Shown here: one piece after another, positions 12,681 through 33,915 of the stretch
Layout: every line of letters begins with the position of its first letter
Numbering within the stretch: position 1 is the stretch's first letter
DNA from: the human T2T-CHM13v2.0 reference genome, Homo sapiens
DNA length: 64,000 nt
Strand: one strand, 5' to 3'
NCBI RefSeq assembly: GCF_009914755.1
Contig: NC_060928.1
Program-made: the position numbers and the translations under genes
The notes under the pieces: generated by a model
Seen by the model: the letters and a program-made list of their open reading frames with translations, nothing else
What the model was told of the DNA's origin: nothing
Database searches by the model: none

Positions 12681-12860
12681 CAATGGTCCTTAACCTTGGC
12701 AGCACAGTAGAGTCATGGTAAGGAGCTAGTTAAAATGTCATATGGCAAGTCTGCACCTTAGATCAATGGAATAAAAATCTCTGTGAGGAGAACCTAGGCA
12801 TCAGTACTTTTTAAAGGTTCGCAGGTGATTTCAATATACATCCCAAGTTGAGAGTTACTA
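12681..12860. mobile_element. MER5A/B-type hAT-Charlie MITE
   Basis: caatggtccttaaccttggcagcaca...caggtgatttcaatatacatcccaagttgagagttacta; ~180 bp with degenerate TIRs. Confidence 0.75.
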
Positions 12861-13659
12861 TTGTAAAGGATATTTGTCTGAAATGAAAAAGTAGACATCT
12901 TCGAACATTCTTCTATGTGTCAAGTCTCTCCATCAGTCCCACTCATGCTCACCCCAGAAAGTTACTTAACTAGTTGAGGTGTGTTCCCAGAAGCCATCTT
13001 AAAAATAACTTTTTGTATAATGGGAATCCTACAATATTTTTTAAAACCCAGTTTATATTTCCATTCACATTTCTGTTTTCAGTACACCTTAACTTGAATA
13101 CATCTTTGTTTTTTGTTTTTTTTTTATTTTAAACAAAAAATAATGGTATACATTTTCACAAGGAAGGAGTCCATTTTCTGGGTACAGTCAGCAATGTGGC
13201 TTTTAGAAGTGTCCAGAACCACAGGGAATTCTGGATTTAGAGATAGAGAGACACCCTTCTATCTTCGTGTGGGAAGAAACATTGCCACATGTTTCTAAAA
13301 ATGAAAGGAAAATGGTTAAGAAGATAGTATGGATTGAACTATGTTGAGATTGTGTTTTGTTTATAATCACATTTTCCCTTAAATTAATATTTATAAAAGT
13401 AAGACATATTTATTGTAAAACTTTGGGAAAAGAGACAATGGAGACAGATGAAAATGATATATTTATTGTTAATATTAGTTATTTGTCCAGAAATTCAAAC
13501 TGGTCAATTTATTTGCCTTCAGTGTGCCTTAAATATGTTAGATTAAGATGGATTTAGCAAAGACTATCCATTGGTACTTGATGTCCATTGCAGTATTAAT
13601 TTTTCTCTGTTATCAAGAAACAACAACAACAAAAACATTTTAAGATATCTACTCACTTG

Positions 13660-14500
13660 CAGTGGTGGACCGAGAATGGAGGTGGAACAATGGAAACTAC
13701 CAGAAATAGGAAATAAAGGATTGCATGGTCTGCAGAAAAGTTAAAAACAATAAAACGAACTGAAAATCAATTTAAAAATTATCGCCATGCACTAACGCTA
13801 AATGAAATCAGTGATAAAATACTCCTCCCTGAAAAAAATATTTTACTGGTCTACATTCTAAACTTCAAATGATCACATTTTAAACCTCTCCTTTAATAAC
13901 GATTGTATTCTGCATTGTATTCTGCTTACAGTATTCCCATTTATACTGTTGGCCTCTGACATACATGAAATCATCTACACATCTTGCTTTGCAAGTTTGT
14001 AAATATTTGGTGTCCTTCTAACTTGCTTAAGGCATGATTTGTTTCTAACCTCTCTGATAACACATATCCCTGAATTTAAACAATAGATTAAAAAATGGTG
14101 GCACAGCAAGTGTAAAGATAACAACTTGAACTTGAGTGATTTCAATCTTGTCATTCTATCTGAAGATTGGGAGTTTTTTGTGTTTACAGCATAAATGAGA
14201 AACAGTGCAGAATGTGAGGTGTAATATTTTTGTAAGTGCAAATTTTCCTTCTTACATGAAATATTTTATTGAATTTAAATAATATTTTTAAAACTGAAAT
14301 TTCATATTTGTTAATTCCTTTAAGACTAAAAATGAATCAAGGACATAAAACATTGCATCAATATGACTTAAGAGGTTTAGATGTTCACTTTTATTAAAAT
14401 TCACATTTAGAGGACATTGGCATAACATAATTATATAATACATACAATTTAATTGAAAAAATTTACTGTCTTTGTATCTTTTCTGGCTATTACTTGTCCC
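13660..14500 (+). mobile_element. Arthur1-like hAT-Tip100 DNA transposon remnant
   Basis: Starts cagtggtggaccgag; contains aaaaacaataaaacgaact and cagtgataaaatactcctccctgaaaaaaa; right boundary uncertain. Confidence 0.6.
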
Positions 14501-15539
14501 ATTTCATGATTTTTACTGAAAATAATTTTGTTGTATAAAGTAGGAGATTGTTGAAAACAATCTGATCTCTGTGCCAAGTACTCCAGGTATGCTACTTCTC
14601 AACCGCTTTAGCAAAGAGCTTGAAGTCACTGTAATGGGCCCTGTCATCATGTCTGTATTTCCCTTTTTTTCCTTTCCTCCCTCTTCCTTTGCTTGCTTTT
14701 TGCACCCAATCTCCAAGGGCAGGAAATGTCTCCTAGAAAGCCTGAGGAAGAAAAGGAAGTATGCATATTCTACTGAGAAATGTAATCTTATTCGGGTTGT
14801 CAAAAGGAGATTGGTCAGATTAAATGGTCACTATATGTTATGAATTCTGTTCAGCAGAAATGTTTAAACATTTAATAGTGCTTTTATTGGTCAGCAAAGC
14901 GGGCATTTTCTTTTTGAAGATGCACAGTGGAAGGTGAAAGAGAAAATTAGGTGTCTGTAGATTTAGGGTATTAAAGCATAGAAGTGGACGAAGTATTAGT
15001 TTGGAGGAGTCATTTCACACCTGTACTCCTACTTTCAAATAGAATGACATCAAAGCACTCTTGGAGAGATATGAAGGCAGAACATATAAATGAAAAGAAT
15101 TGGTGTTCTGAGTTCTCATTTCATTTCTGTACTAAACAATTGCATGAATAGGGCAAAGCACTGACCATCTAGATAAAAAGGAGGGACTGGGTAATAGGAT
15201 CTATACAAGCCACCTTTTAAACTGATTTTAAGGTTATCTGAAAGATTTACTTGAGTTAGAAATGCGTTATTAAGAAATATCCTTTTTCCCTTTGTGCTTT
15301 TGTCAACAAGAAATTATTCCTGAAATCATATTGATTTTTCACTTAAATAAATGAAAGGAGAATATAATCAAGTAAAACATGATTTTAGGACCTATGACAC
15401 TTTTGAAATAGAAATAATTGGTATGGTTAAAATGATCAGTATTATTATTATAATCTCACATTTTAATTTATTGAATTTTATTAAGCTACTTTTCAAACAT
15501 ACAAAAAGTTAAAAAGAATATTTTAACATCATTTTCTCA

Positions 15540-15730
15540 GTAATTTATAGAACATGTACAGAAAAAAAATCAGAAAAATATGGAAGACTAAAACAACATC
15601 ATCAACAATTTGACCTAATTGACATGTATAGAATATCAGGGTCATTAAGGGCAAAATACACATTTGTCTAAAGAACTTTCACCAATATAGGCCATATGTT
15701 GGGCCGTAAAACAAGTCCTGATACATTTCA
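15540..15730 (+). mobile_element. Old L1M ORF2 endonuclease fragment
   Basis: gacctaattgacatgtatagaa...ataggccatatgttgggccgtaaaacaagtc (DLIDMYR...HMLGRKTS). Confidence 0.7.
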
Positions 15731-16406
15731 TTTTGTTTTTCCTCTTTAACTTTTATCTTAAGTTCAGGGGTACAAGTGCAGGTTTGTTACACAGGTAAAC
15801 ATGTGTCATAGGGGTTTGTTGTACAGATTATTTCATCACCCAGGTATTAAGCCTAGTACCCGTTAGTTTTCCTGATCCTCTCCCTCCTCCCACCCTCCAC
15901 TCTCAGTAGGTCCCAGTGTCTGTTGTTTCCCTCTACGTGCCCATGTGTTCCTGTCATTTACCTCACAAGTGAGAATATGTGATATTTCCTTTTCTGTTCC
16001 TGCATTAGTTTGCTAAGAATAACGGCTTCCAGTTCCATCCATGTCCCTGCAAAAGACATGAGCTTGTTCTTTTTTATGGCTGCATAGCATTCCATGCTGT
16101 ATGTGTACCACATTTTCTTTATCCAGTCTTCTATAGGTGGGTATTTAGGTTGACTCCATGTCTTTGCTATTGTGAATAGTGCTGCAGGGAACATGTGCGT
16201 GCATGTGTCTTTATAATGGAATGATTTATATTCCTTTGGGTATATACCCAGGAATGGGATTGCTGGGTCAAATAGCATTTCTGTCTTTTGGTCTTGGAGG
16301 AATTGCCACACTGTCTTCCACAATAATTGAACTAATTTACACTCCCACCAACAGTGTATTATAAGTGTTCCTTTTTCTCCACAACCTCACCAACATCTGT
16401 TATTTT
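15731..16406 (-). mobile_element. 5'-truncated L1PA (about PA10-13) 3' end
   Basis: 3'UTR plus ORF2 C-terminus (ORF 15958..16323, ...FHYKDTCTHMFPAALFTIAKTW...). Confidence 0.9.
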
Positions 16407-16429
16407 CTGAAGGTTAAAAAGAATATTAC

Positions 16430-16600
16430 AGCTGGGTGTGATGGCAAACCCATATATTCCCCCAACACTCGTGAGGCTTAGGTGGGAGGATCCCTTGAGC
16501 CCAGGAGTTCAAGGTTGTAGTAAGCCATAATTGCACCTGTGCCTGGCCACTGCACTCCAGCCTGGGCAACATAGCAAGATCCTGCCTTAAACAAAAAAGA
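16430..16600 (+). mobile_element. Fossil Alu monomer (FAM/FRAM-like)
   Basis: Single monomer retaining the 7SL-like extra segment cacctgtgcctggccactgcactccagcc, then an A-tail. Confidence 0.75.
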
Positions 16601-16678
16601 AGAATGTAACAAATGCTCATGTACCCAACACTCAATATTATGCAATTATATATTTGTCATTTTTGTCTCAGTACTTTT

Positions 16679-22984
<6,306 letters not shown>

Positions 22985-23199
22985 CTCAGTACTTTTGATG
23001 AAATAAATTATAGTGGTCACTGTTGAATCGTTGCTTATTTCTTCCTCATCCTGTTTTCTTCTTCCTTTCTTTTTCTTTCCTTAGGTGTAAATACCATCTT
23101 GCATTGCATTTTATGATTGTCATTGTCATGTATGTTGGAGGCCACTGATTTTGGAGTCTAGCCAAGTAGACTATGGCTTTAGCTGTGCTTAGTACTTTG

Positions 23200-23742
23200 C
23201 ATTTTGTGTTCATAGACATAATATCAGACTCCTCTAAGACATTTCAGATACTCTCACCTTAAATTGTCTTTGGGACATTTGGCCTCCCATTTCAGGCAGA
23301 GCCACTGCGGCATCAACCAACTCTCTTTGGGAAGCCAACAACCTTCACACACATGCAAATGTGTGGTGCTCACTGTGTCCTCCCTCACTTCCTGCCTCTA
23401 GGCTTCTTGTTGAAGACAAGGAGGTAATTCTGTGGTCTCAAGCAGGCACAATCCAAAGTATGTGAGAGGAGTGGGTAGTGGAAGAGGAAAAGACATGTGT
23501 GGTAAAACTTCAACCAACAGGAGATGGGAACCTGCAAAAATTTTTTTTCTTTCCTCCATGGATCGAGAAGTCATTTAGATAGCTTCTCAGATGACAGTCT
23601 TATGATCAATCAGTCATACTTAATACCATGTAGTCCTTTTTCTTCTCTGTTTCATTATTCTTTTCCCTGATTTGTATTCCATTACTATGCCTCATGGAAT
23701 AAGGTAGTAGCCTTAATCATACATGGGAGGCCATATTAAAAC
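23200..23742 (+). mobile_element. Probable old ERVL-type LTR (LTR41-like)
   Basis: acttcaaccaacaggagatggga, aataaggtagtagc and a terminal ...aaaca resemble this class; weak. Confidence 0.35.
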
Positions 23743-24559
23743 AGAGATATTAATCTTGTTCCAGCTCTGTCCTTTTGGCTTTATCTTTCTACATTTTATC
23801 AATCATTGCTGTGTGTTTGGAGCAGAGGGTGGTATAGCTTACTTTTCCATCTTGACTAGAAGTCATTGATTCCATCTTTGCAACTGTTTTCTTGCTGAAA
23901 ACATCAACATTACTTTTGTATTCACCAAGAAATCTTTAGCATCTGTTATATGTATATTTCATATTACTTGTAAAACAATACAAACTCTTATCAGAAAGCC
24001 TGATATAAAAGAGGAATATGATGAATATTAGTTTCTTTGCTGTACCTTTTTTAAAAATGTGATTCCTGAAGTCTCAGTACTTGAACAAAGTTTTCTATGC
24101 TTTGTGCTTATTTACATCACTATAGATAACTCATGTTGGATCCCTGCCCACCACCCCCAGCCCCATATCTGTTTTTCTTCCACGATTGTGAATGTGAGGG
24201 CAGGAATTGTGTCTTATTCATTTTTGCAAACAGGACAGTGCTAGGCCCAGTTGACTCTCAGTTAATGAATGTGGAATATATTTGACATTTGGTGTGTAGA
24301 TAGATAAACAGGCTTAAATGTTTTAGATATTTAGAAGCAATTCTCTTGGTTTCTTCCCTGAATATAGAACACTCTGAGTCCATGGTTAGCAGTTCACTGT
24401 TGTGATGGCATGTGTGATTCCTGCTGTTAAATGTGGCTGTTCAAGCAAGTGTACTCACCTATGTGATAGTTTGTCTGGAAAAGGGAATACTCTATAAATA
24501 GCATACTTCCAGTAATTCAGGATGTAATTTAAAATAAGGACTCTATAATATCATGAGAA

Positions 24560-24960
24560 AAATGTCTCATTAGCAATAAAAGCTATTAATGTCACTCTTC
24601 CTAATGAAGGATTGCAACAGCATCCCTCATTAGACTAGAAAGGGCAAGAGTGATGCAATCAATGCTGCAGATTAAGAGTTGTTGAATGATCAGATGGATG
24701 TTGGGGGTGAGAAAAAAAGCTACAATCCAAAATGACTTCAAGGTTTAGAGTTTGGATAGTATGAGAAGATGATTATGTCATTTTATGAGACAGGGAAATA
24801 GGAGAAAGGAAGGATGTGTAAGGGAAGTAGATGAGCTTTGTTTTTACTGACTTTAGTATAAAGATTACTTATTCATTCTGGAAATAATTCATTCAATTTA
24901 TATTGAACACCTATTATTACTAGACATTGTGGTAAGCTGTAAACACACAAATGGCATTCT
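24560..24960. mobile_element. L2 fragments
   Basis: cagatggatgttgggggtgag...aatgacttcaaggttt...gatgagctttgtttt; cattcaatttatattgaacacctatt. Confidence 0.5.
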
Positions 24961-26084
24961 CCATCAGACATTCTTTTAAAGAACTCATGTCATCAAATTT
25001 TCAGGCAACTCAAATGCAAGTGAAATAATGATTGTGTTAGACAAAATAATATAAATTAAAAATGTGTATTGAAAAAACAATAATAATACAAAATTAAATG
25101 GATGAAATGTAATAATAATAAATACGTGTAAAAAAAGCTTGATGTCTGTTGATGGTATGCCATGACTGCCTCTCCCCACAACACATCAAATATGTTCTTA
25201 AGCAATGGTAATACAAACATACAATGAAACAAGAGATGTAGAATATGTTTGTCAAATAAATGCATAAATAATAACCCATTGAAAACTTTTCATATCACAT
25301 CTAGTGTATTGTGGTCAACTCCAGGTGCTACATTTTTAGCACTAGTCAACCACAGCCTCATTCTATGTTATGTGGAGAAGCATTAGAGGACTTAGTCATA
25401 TGCAGGAGAAGAGTTGCTTTGAAGTATTTAGCCTCACTGCCCAATGGCAATGTCAAAACTGAGGCCGTTTTAGCAGAAATACTAGGGAGGAAGATTTGGC
25501 ACAATACTAGATGTAATAGTTCGATAACCAAAGTTATCCTGTGTGAATGAGGGCTGTTCACACAAAGGCTGGATGAAGGGAAGTAGCAGAAAGAGCTCCT
25601 GTTAAAAGGCAGTGGACTTTATCACTTGTGTAAGTTTTGCAGCTATTAATATTCTAGTAGCCAATCATTACTTCATTCTAAATCTAAAGAAAAAAAAAGA
25701 AACAAAGGGTTCAATGTTTTTTACCAACTTAAAGACTGAGTAGGAGAAAGGAGATCCATAAAATGACTTGGTGCTTCAATGCTCTAGGTTTATTTTTAAT
25801 CAGTTGTGCTGCAGGGTGACATTCTCACAGAAGAGGAAAATAAAGAATATATTAATTTACAAGGCTAGCTGGAGAAAAGGTTATTATGGTTGCATACAGA
25901 TAAAAAGGTCACATTTAAAGAATCTTCTATCCTAGGATATTTAAAAAGTAGAATTCCTTTAATAAGAGTCTGTTAGGAGAGCATGATGGCATGTACAATT
26001 TAACTCTTTGTAGTTCAGCTGGATTTGAAAAGCTAAATGAATATTTGTGAGTGGATGTCACTGATTTTTGCAAATGTTCACAAT

Positions 26085-26400
26085 CATTCATTCATTTATT
26101 CATCAAAGACCAGGAAATAAGGAATAAAAACAAAGTATTTTTTATGAAATAAATTGTAGTGGAAGAGACAGTAAGTAGACAGATGACTCAAATGCAATGT
26201 GATAAGTGATACATTTGAAGCAGTGGTAGCCCTAAGTAAGAATGATCTATTCTGCATGGGGTCTGAGGATTTATATGATTGCTCTTGAAGAATGAGATTC
26301 AGATGAAGCAGGGAGAGAAGGATATTTAAGTATAAGGGAGCAGTATGTGTAAATGGACAAAGATACAATATACTAAAATCTAAGTGTTATCAGAGTTCTG
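26085..26400 (-). mobile_element. L2 fragment; appears to continue ~27560-27810
   Basis: tcattcattcatt tail; ggggccagatcactgagaaggttgtatgccattgttgagg in the continuation. Confidence 0.5.
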
Positions 26401-26579
26401 TATGTAATTCAATATAACAACACCATCACCCAACAGTTATTTCCTGTTTATTTATGATGTCCAAGGAACTTGTCTAAGCATGTTATATGTATTAACTAAT
26501 CTAATCTTCAGAACAATCTGGAGCAGTCTGGCTGCAAAGTCTTTATCTTTACATACTTTCTTGAAGAGATTGCTCCATT

Positions 26580-27420
26580 AACATGCTAATTGACCTGATC
26601 TGATCACAGTACAATGTATGTATTGAAATATCCCTTTGGACCCCATAAATTTGTAAAATTATTATGTATCAATTAAAAAAATAATTTTTTTTAAAAAACA
26701 ATGCTTGCAAGAATTAAAAAAAAAGGAATGACGTGAGAGTTTTGGTAGAATGGGAGATTAAATAGGTTTGAACCAAGCGAAAGTGGGACCCTGGGGCATA
26801 CCTGAATGTTTACATGTTGTTGCTGGAAGGGAAAGTTGTTACAAATACTTTAGAAAGCAGTTTGCTATTACCTTGTAAAACTGAAGAGCTTAAACCTTCG
26901 TTTAGACACAGCTGTATTCCTGGATCTAATCCCCAGAGAAGGTCTTGCACGTGTGCTCCAGGAGACAAGTAGAAGGGCAACGTGTTTGTAATAGCACACA
27001 CAAAAAGCAAACATCCAAATGTTCATCATGGCACATCAACAGTAACAGTGAAACAGGTAAAAACATTATACTATATGTGCATAATGGAACACTAAAACGG
27101 CAAAAATGAATGAGCTACAGTGACAATATAGATCTCAGGAAGATTATACTGAGCAAAAAAAGTAAATTGCAGAATACCTAAAGAACATATGTAAAGAATA
27201 TGCTAAAATTAAACAACATATTGCTTAGAGATACAAACGTGGCAAATGATAACAATAATGGAATATGCTTTTTAAAAATTTCTAATTGTGTTTCTTCTGA
27301 AGGGAGGACAGGGGAATGAAATATGGTAGGAATGTATAGGTAGATGTCATAGTAATGTTTGATTCACTGTGCTATTTGTATGTTTTTTTGTATCTACTCA
27401 TAAATTACCACATTCCATGA
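26580..27420 (+). mobile_element. L1MA 3' tip (~26580-26700) followed by an L1ME/MC 3' fragment
   Basis: ccccataaatttgtaaaattattatgtatcaattaaaaaa; ttagaaagcagtttgctattaccttgtaaaactgaag. Confidence 0.6.
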
Positions 27421-27899
27421 ATTTTTAAGCGTATTTTATTTTTAATATTTCTGAAATTGAGATGCATCTTACTAAATTGATAATTATACTATAAAGCATA
27501 ATAGTGTTTTTCTTCCTTGTTTACAGAAAGTAATGCAGTGCCTCATAATCAAGGGCTTCTTAGATCAGTGAAATACAGTAAGGAAAACTAGTTTAATAAA
27601 AGAATACCCTTGGAGTAATTCTGATAATGCCCTTGAAACTATGTAGAAAATATATACAGAAATGGTGGGATATGAGACCAGTGTGGTGGATGGGGCCAGA
27701 TCACTGAGAAGGTTGTATGCCATTGTTGAGGTTATGCATCCTATAAGAAATAGGAAGCTATTAAAGAGTTTTATGTAAGAAAATAACATGATAGGTTTAT
27801 ATGACTTTATGAAGAAAAATAATATAATACATTTCTATAACTTTTTAGAACTTACTTACGATATTGTCCTAAATTATTTTCATTCCATGCTTGCATTTA

Positions 27900-29700
<1,801 letters not shown>

Positions 29701-29945
29701 AAATCCAGGTTTTGATTGTACCTTATAATGAAGTCAGGGACATAAGAGAATATCACGGCACTGTAGTCCACAGTGTGGGCAGTCAGATATATGGGGCTCT
29801 GAAGACACAGACAGATTGGCCAAAGCTAAGGAAGTGTGACAAGGATAACTTGAATTCCAGGGCAAACTCTAAAGTCCTTAGGTGAACAGAAATGCTATTG
29901 AGTGATTTAATATTTGTAAGAATATAGCTCATTTCCGTGAATTTG

Positions 29946-30021
29946 ATTTCCATTGCACACAGACAAGACTTCTAACTTCTCAAGAAGTTAGTTAGAAGTC
30001 TTGTCTGTGTGCAATGGAAAT
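29946..30021. repeat. Near-perfect 76-bp inverted repeat (hairpin)
   Basis: 32-bp arms at 29946-29977 and 29990-30021 are exact reverse complements. Confidence 0.97.
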
Positions 30022-30125
30022 TTAAGGTCATTTACTTTGCCTTGATTGTCAAAATATTTTAGCATCTATATAACTACTTTCACATTATCTGTTTTTAGAC
30101 CTCCACTGTGAAAACCCTGGGCATA

Positions 30126-30688
30126 TGTATTAATTATGCCATTTTATTTTTTGTATTTCTGATGCTTTGACATCTGAGACCTTGCTGATCCTAATGAGAC
30201 TGCCCCTCCCAGGACTAGCAAATTCCTAGAAATGATAAACAGCTTGCCTAGGAGTGTGTTTTTCATATGCAGACCAACCAATCCACAGCCCGTACCTCAA
30301 CCACCACCTTTACTAAGCTCTCATACTCTGGAACACTATCCATGTGCACGGCCTAATTACCCCAAGGCCAGGTACCCAGACAACTAGAGACAGCACTTAT
30401 GCCCCATAGCCTGCTGAAATTATTCAAACTAGGAAATAGTAAGCCCACTTAACCTGACTTGTCTGTTTCTTATTGTGGAAACCACAATAGAGGCTCCTTC
30501 CCTGTTTTCCCCTTGCTCCTCTCTGCCTCCTCACTGACCCTGGCATTTCCCCATATGGCTCCTTCCCCATGATGTGCTCCCTTCCTCTGGGAACTGTGAG
30601 TAACAAACTATCTTTTCAATGGCAATTATTTCCTGGTCTACTGGCCTCATCATACCTAAATAATAACAAAACCCTGTATTGTAAAATA
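30126..30688 (+). mobile_element. MER74-like ERVL solo LTR
   Basis: tgtattaa start; gagactgcccctcccagga, aaccaatcc, aggccaggtacccagacaactag. Confidence 0.7.
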
Positions 30689-30919
30689 ATATCCCTACAG
30701 GATATTGCAGAGTGGGACATAGGTGTGCTATGGGTCTTGGGACTTGCTTTCACGATGAATGTTGTATTTAGTTTTCTGCATATATAATTTTGTTCAATCA
30801 AAGATAGGCAGAATGTTTGGCAAGCGTTAGCTGTGCTGAACTTCTCAGAGCTGAATTAGAAAACCTTTATTTGTGGCTTTTATGACATTTAATGGTGACT
30901 GCATAAAAATCACTCACAT

Positions 30920-31100
30920 TATGAAGTTTAACAGTAACATTTTTCAATGCCTTATCTTATTTGAACCACACAATGCTATTGTAATTCTTATTTTATAGCT
31001 GAGGAAATTGAAGCCCAGGGAGCTTGTGAATTGCTCAAGTTCACGGCTTCCAAGTTTCAGAAATGTGACTATTCCTAAATCAGTGCTTTGTATATTCTAA
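30920..31100 (-). mobile_element. MIR
   Basis: attttatagctgaggaaattgaagcccaggg...ttgctcaagttcac. Confidence 0.6.
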
Positions 31101-31309
31101 ATTATATCATTGTATTCAATAGGAGTAATGATTCTCAACAAGAAATAGTGCAAAAAAAGCCTATGGAGGCCCAAAATTCAGAATAAATTTCAGAAACATA
31201 ATACTATGGCCTCAGTTTTAAGATTCATTTATCTAATTTTCCTTTACCTAAGGTTCTTTTAACTACTTTGCTGCCTTTTGCCATTTACCCAATAGATCCA
31301 TATTATTTT

Positions 31310-32990
31310 TAATTCAGCTTTTTATTTTGATATAATTGTAGAGTCACCTGAATTCTTAAGAAATAATACAGAGTCCATGTACCCTTTGTGCAGTTTCCCC
31401 CAATGGTAACATCTTGCAAAACTATAGTACATTATTACAAATGTGATATTGACATTCATGCAGTCAAGATACACAACATTTTTGTTTTTTAAAATTTTAT
31501 TGCACCTTTATTCATTATTGCCAAAAATGGGAAGAAACATAGGTAACTAATAATGAGTGAACAAACAAGCTGTGAAACATCCGCATATTAGAATATTATT
31601 CAGGAATAGAAATAAATAAGCTGTCAAGCAATGAAAAGACATGGAGAAACTTTAAATGCATATTGCTGCGTGTAAAAAGCCAGTGAAAAGATTAATGGTT
31701 GTCCAGGGCTGAAGGAGAGGGGAGGGATAAATAGGTGGATCACAGGGGGAGATAGAGAACATTTTCACTACCACAGGATCCCTCATGTTGCCTTTTTATA
31801 TCCATACCCACATCCTTCTAGCCCCTACCGTCTCCTTAACCACTAGCAACTACTAATCTGTTCTCCATTATTTCTGTAACATATATTTTTTTGCCATTTC
31901 AAGAATGTTATATAAATGAAAACATGTAGCATATAACCTTTTGGAATTTTTTCCCACTCAGGATAATTCTCCAGAGATTCATTCAGATTGCTGGGCTCAT
32001 TGGTAGTTTGTTCCTTTTTATTGCTGAGTAGTATCCCATAGTATGAATGTACCACAGTTTGTTTAACCATTCACTCACTGAAGGACATAAGAGTTGTCTG
32101 GTGTTTGGTTGTCACAAATAAAGCTGCTACAAACATTCATATACATGTTTTGTGTAAATATAAACTTTAATTTTTTCTAGAATAAATGCCCAGGAGTGCA
32201 ATTGCTGGGTTGTATTTTTGTTGCTTGTATAGTTTATATAACAGGCTGTCAAACTGTTTTCTAGAGTGGCTGTATCATTTTACATCTCCACCAGCAACAC
32301 ACAAGTGACTCAATTTCTCCATAATCCACCAGTGTTTGATGTTGTTACTGGTTTTTATCTTAATCCTTTTGAGAGACATATAGTGATATTTACTGTAATT
32401 TTAATCTGCATTTTCTTAATGGCTAGTGATGTTGGATGTCTTTTCACATTCTTGCTGGCCATTTGTATATCCTCTAAATTGAAATGTCTTGTCAGTTCTT
32501 TTCTCCATTTTCTAGATTTTTGTTTCTGTTGAGTTTTGTGAGTTTTTTAAAGCATATTTTAGATACTAGTCTTTTATCAAATATGTGGCTTGCAATTTTT
32601 TCCCCAGTCTATAACTTGTCTCTTCATCTTCTTCACATAGGCTGTCATAGAACAAAAGTTTTTAATTTTGATGAAGACTAATTTATCAATTTTCCCTTTT
32701 ATGGATTGTGCTTTTGGTGTTTAAAACTCTGCCTGGCTGAGATCCAAAGAGTTTGTCCTATGCTTTTTCTAGAAGTTTTATATTTTACATTTACTTCCAT
32801 GATGCATCTTGAGGGAATTTTTGTATGAGGTGTGAGACTTGGGTAGAGTTTTATTTATTTTCTTTTGTCTAGAGATATCCAAATGCTGTAGAACCATTTG
32901 TTAAAATGGCAATCTGTCCTCCATTGAATTGTCTTTGTACCATTATCATAAATCAACTGGGCATCTACTTCTGGGTCTCTGTTCATTGAC
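31310..32990 (-). mobile_element. L1MC-type 3' region with a nested L1 insert (31483-31749)
   Basis: aaataatacagagtccatgtaccctttg...cccaatggtaacatcttgcaaaactatagtac 3'UTR followed by decayed ORF2. Confidence 0.8.
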
Positions 32991-33872
32991 CTTTGGACCT
33001 CTTCCAATTGTTTCTTATGTTCACAACTCTGTAATTAAATTAAAATCTTACAGATAGTCATGGCTATAAAGATAAATACAAACTATTGTTAATGAAAAGA
33101 TCTACATTTGGAAAAATAGGTAATTTATTTCCTATGCATTGTTTAATGCTCCACTTGCCAAGTCCCAGGTAAAATGCCTTTCAGGGTCAGGGAGATCCTG
33201 CAAATCCTTGTATAATACAGAACACCACTTCTGTAATAAGCTCTGAATGTTAATCATGTGGCTGTTAGACTCTTTCTAGAGAGGCCTCTGATGGGTTGGA
33301 ACAGTTAATCCTCATGAGCTGTATATCAGGTGACCTCTAAGGGAAAGGAGAGGAGATAGTAGAGATATTTCACCTCCCATCTAAAATTGGGAGGCCTGAA
33401 ATTTCCCTGGCAAACTCAGCACACATCTTCAGTGGGAGTGATATCTGAAGTATGTTCAGTGGAGGTGAAAAAATAATATTCTATGTGTGAGGGCATTCTG
33501 GAGCCCCACCTTCAACTTAGAGGTTCTTCCTCTCATTCCCAAAGAATGACTCTCTTGTCTTCCTAGAATTAAAAAAGAGTTAATATTTTTTGAGCAAGTT
33601 TTGTTGAAAAAACGGAGGGGCTAAGCCATTTTGTAAACAGGCAAGACAGAAAACATGTTTGGACTGGATTGACAAATGACATTATAAAAATTCCCATGGG
33701 AGTAATTTTTATCTCTGAGATCTACCAATTAAATTACCTAAACCTTTTATCCAAAGATTTCATGCCCTGAATTTTAATGTTTGCTAGTGCATTATAGAAC
33801 ACAACCAGAGCTTTCTTTGCTGTTTTCTCTTGTGGTAAATGCTGCACAGAATGACAGGATCATGTGGATTAA

Positions 33873-33914
<42 letters not shown>

Positions 33915-33915
33915 T
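33873..33915. repeat. (TC)n microsatellite
   Basis: Seen directly. Confidence 0.92.

Noticed and set aside
14544-14592. Possible exon EIVENNLISVPSTP ending cag|gtatgc
   Set aside because: There is no pyrimidine tract and the peptide is not recognisable.
24985-25310. Overlapping hydrophobic minus-strand ORFs
   Set aside because: They are a compositional effect of A-rich low-complexity DNA, with no family resemblance.
30471-30489. tattgtgg-aaa-ccacaata hairpin
   Set aside because: An 8-bp stem inside an LTR is within chance expectation.
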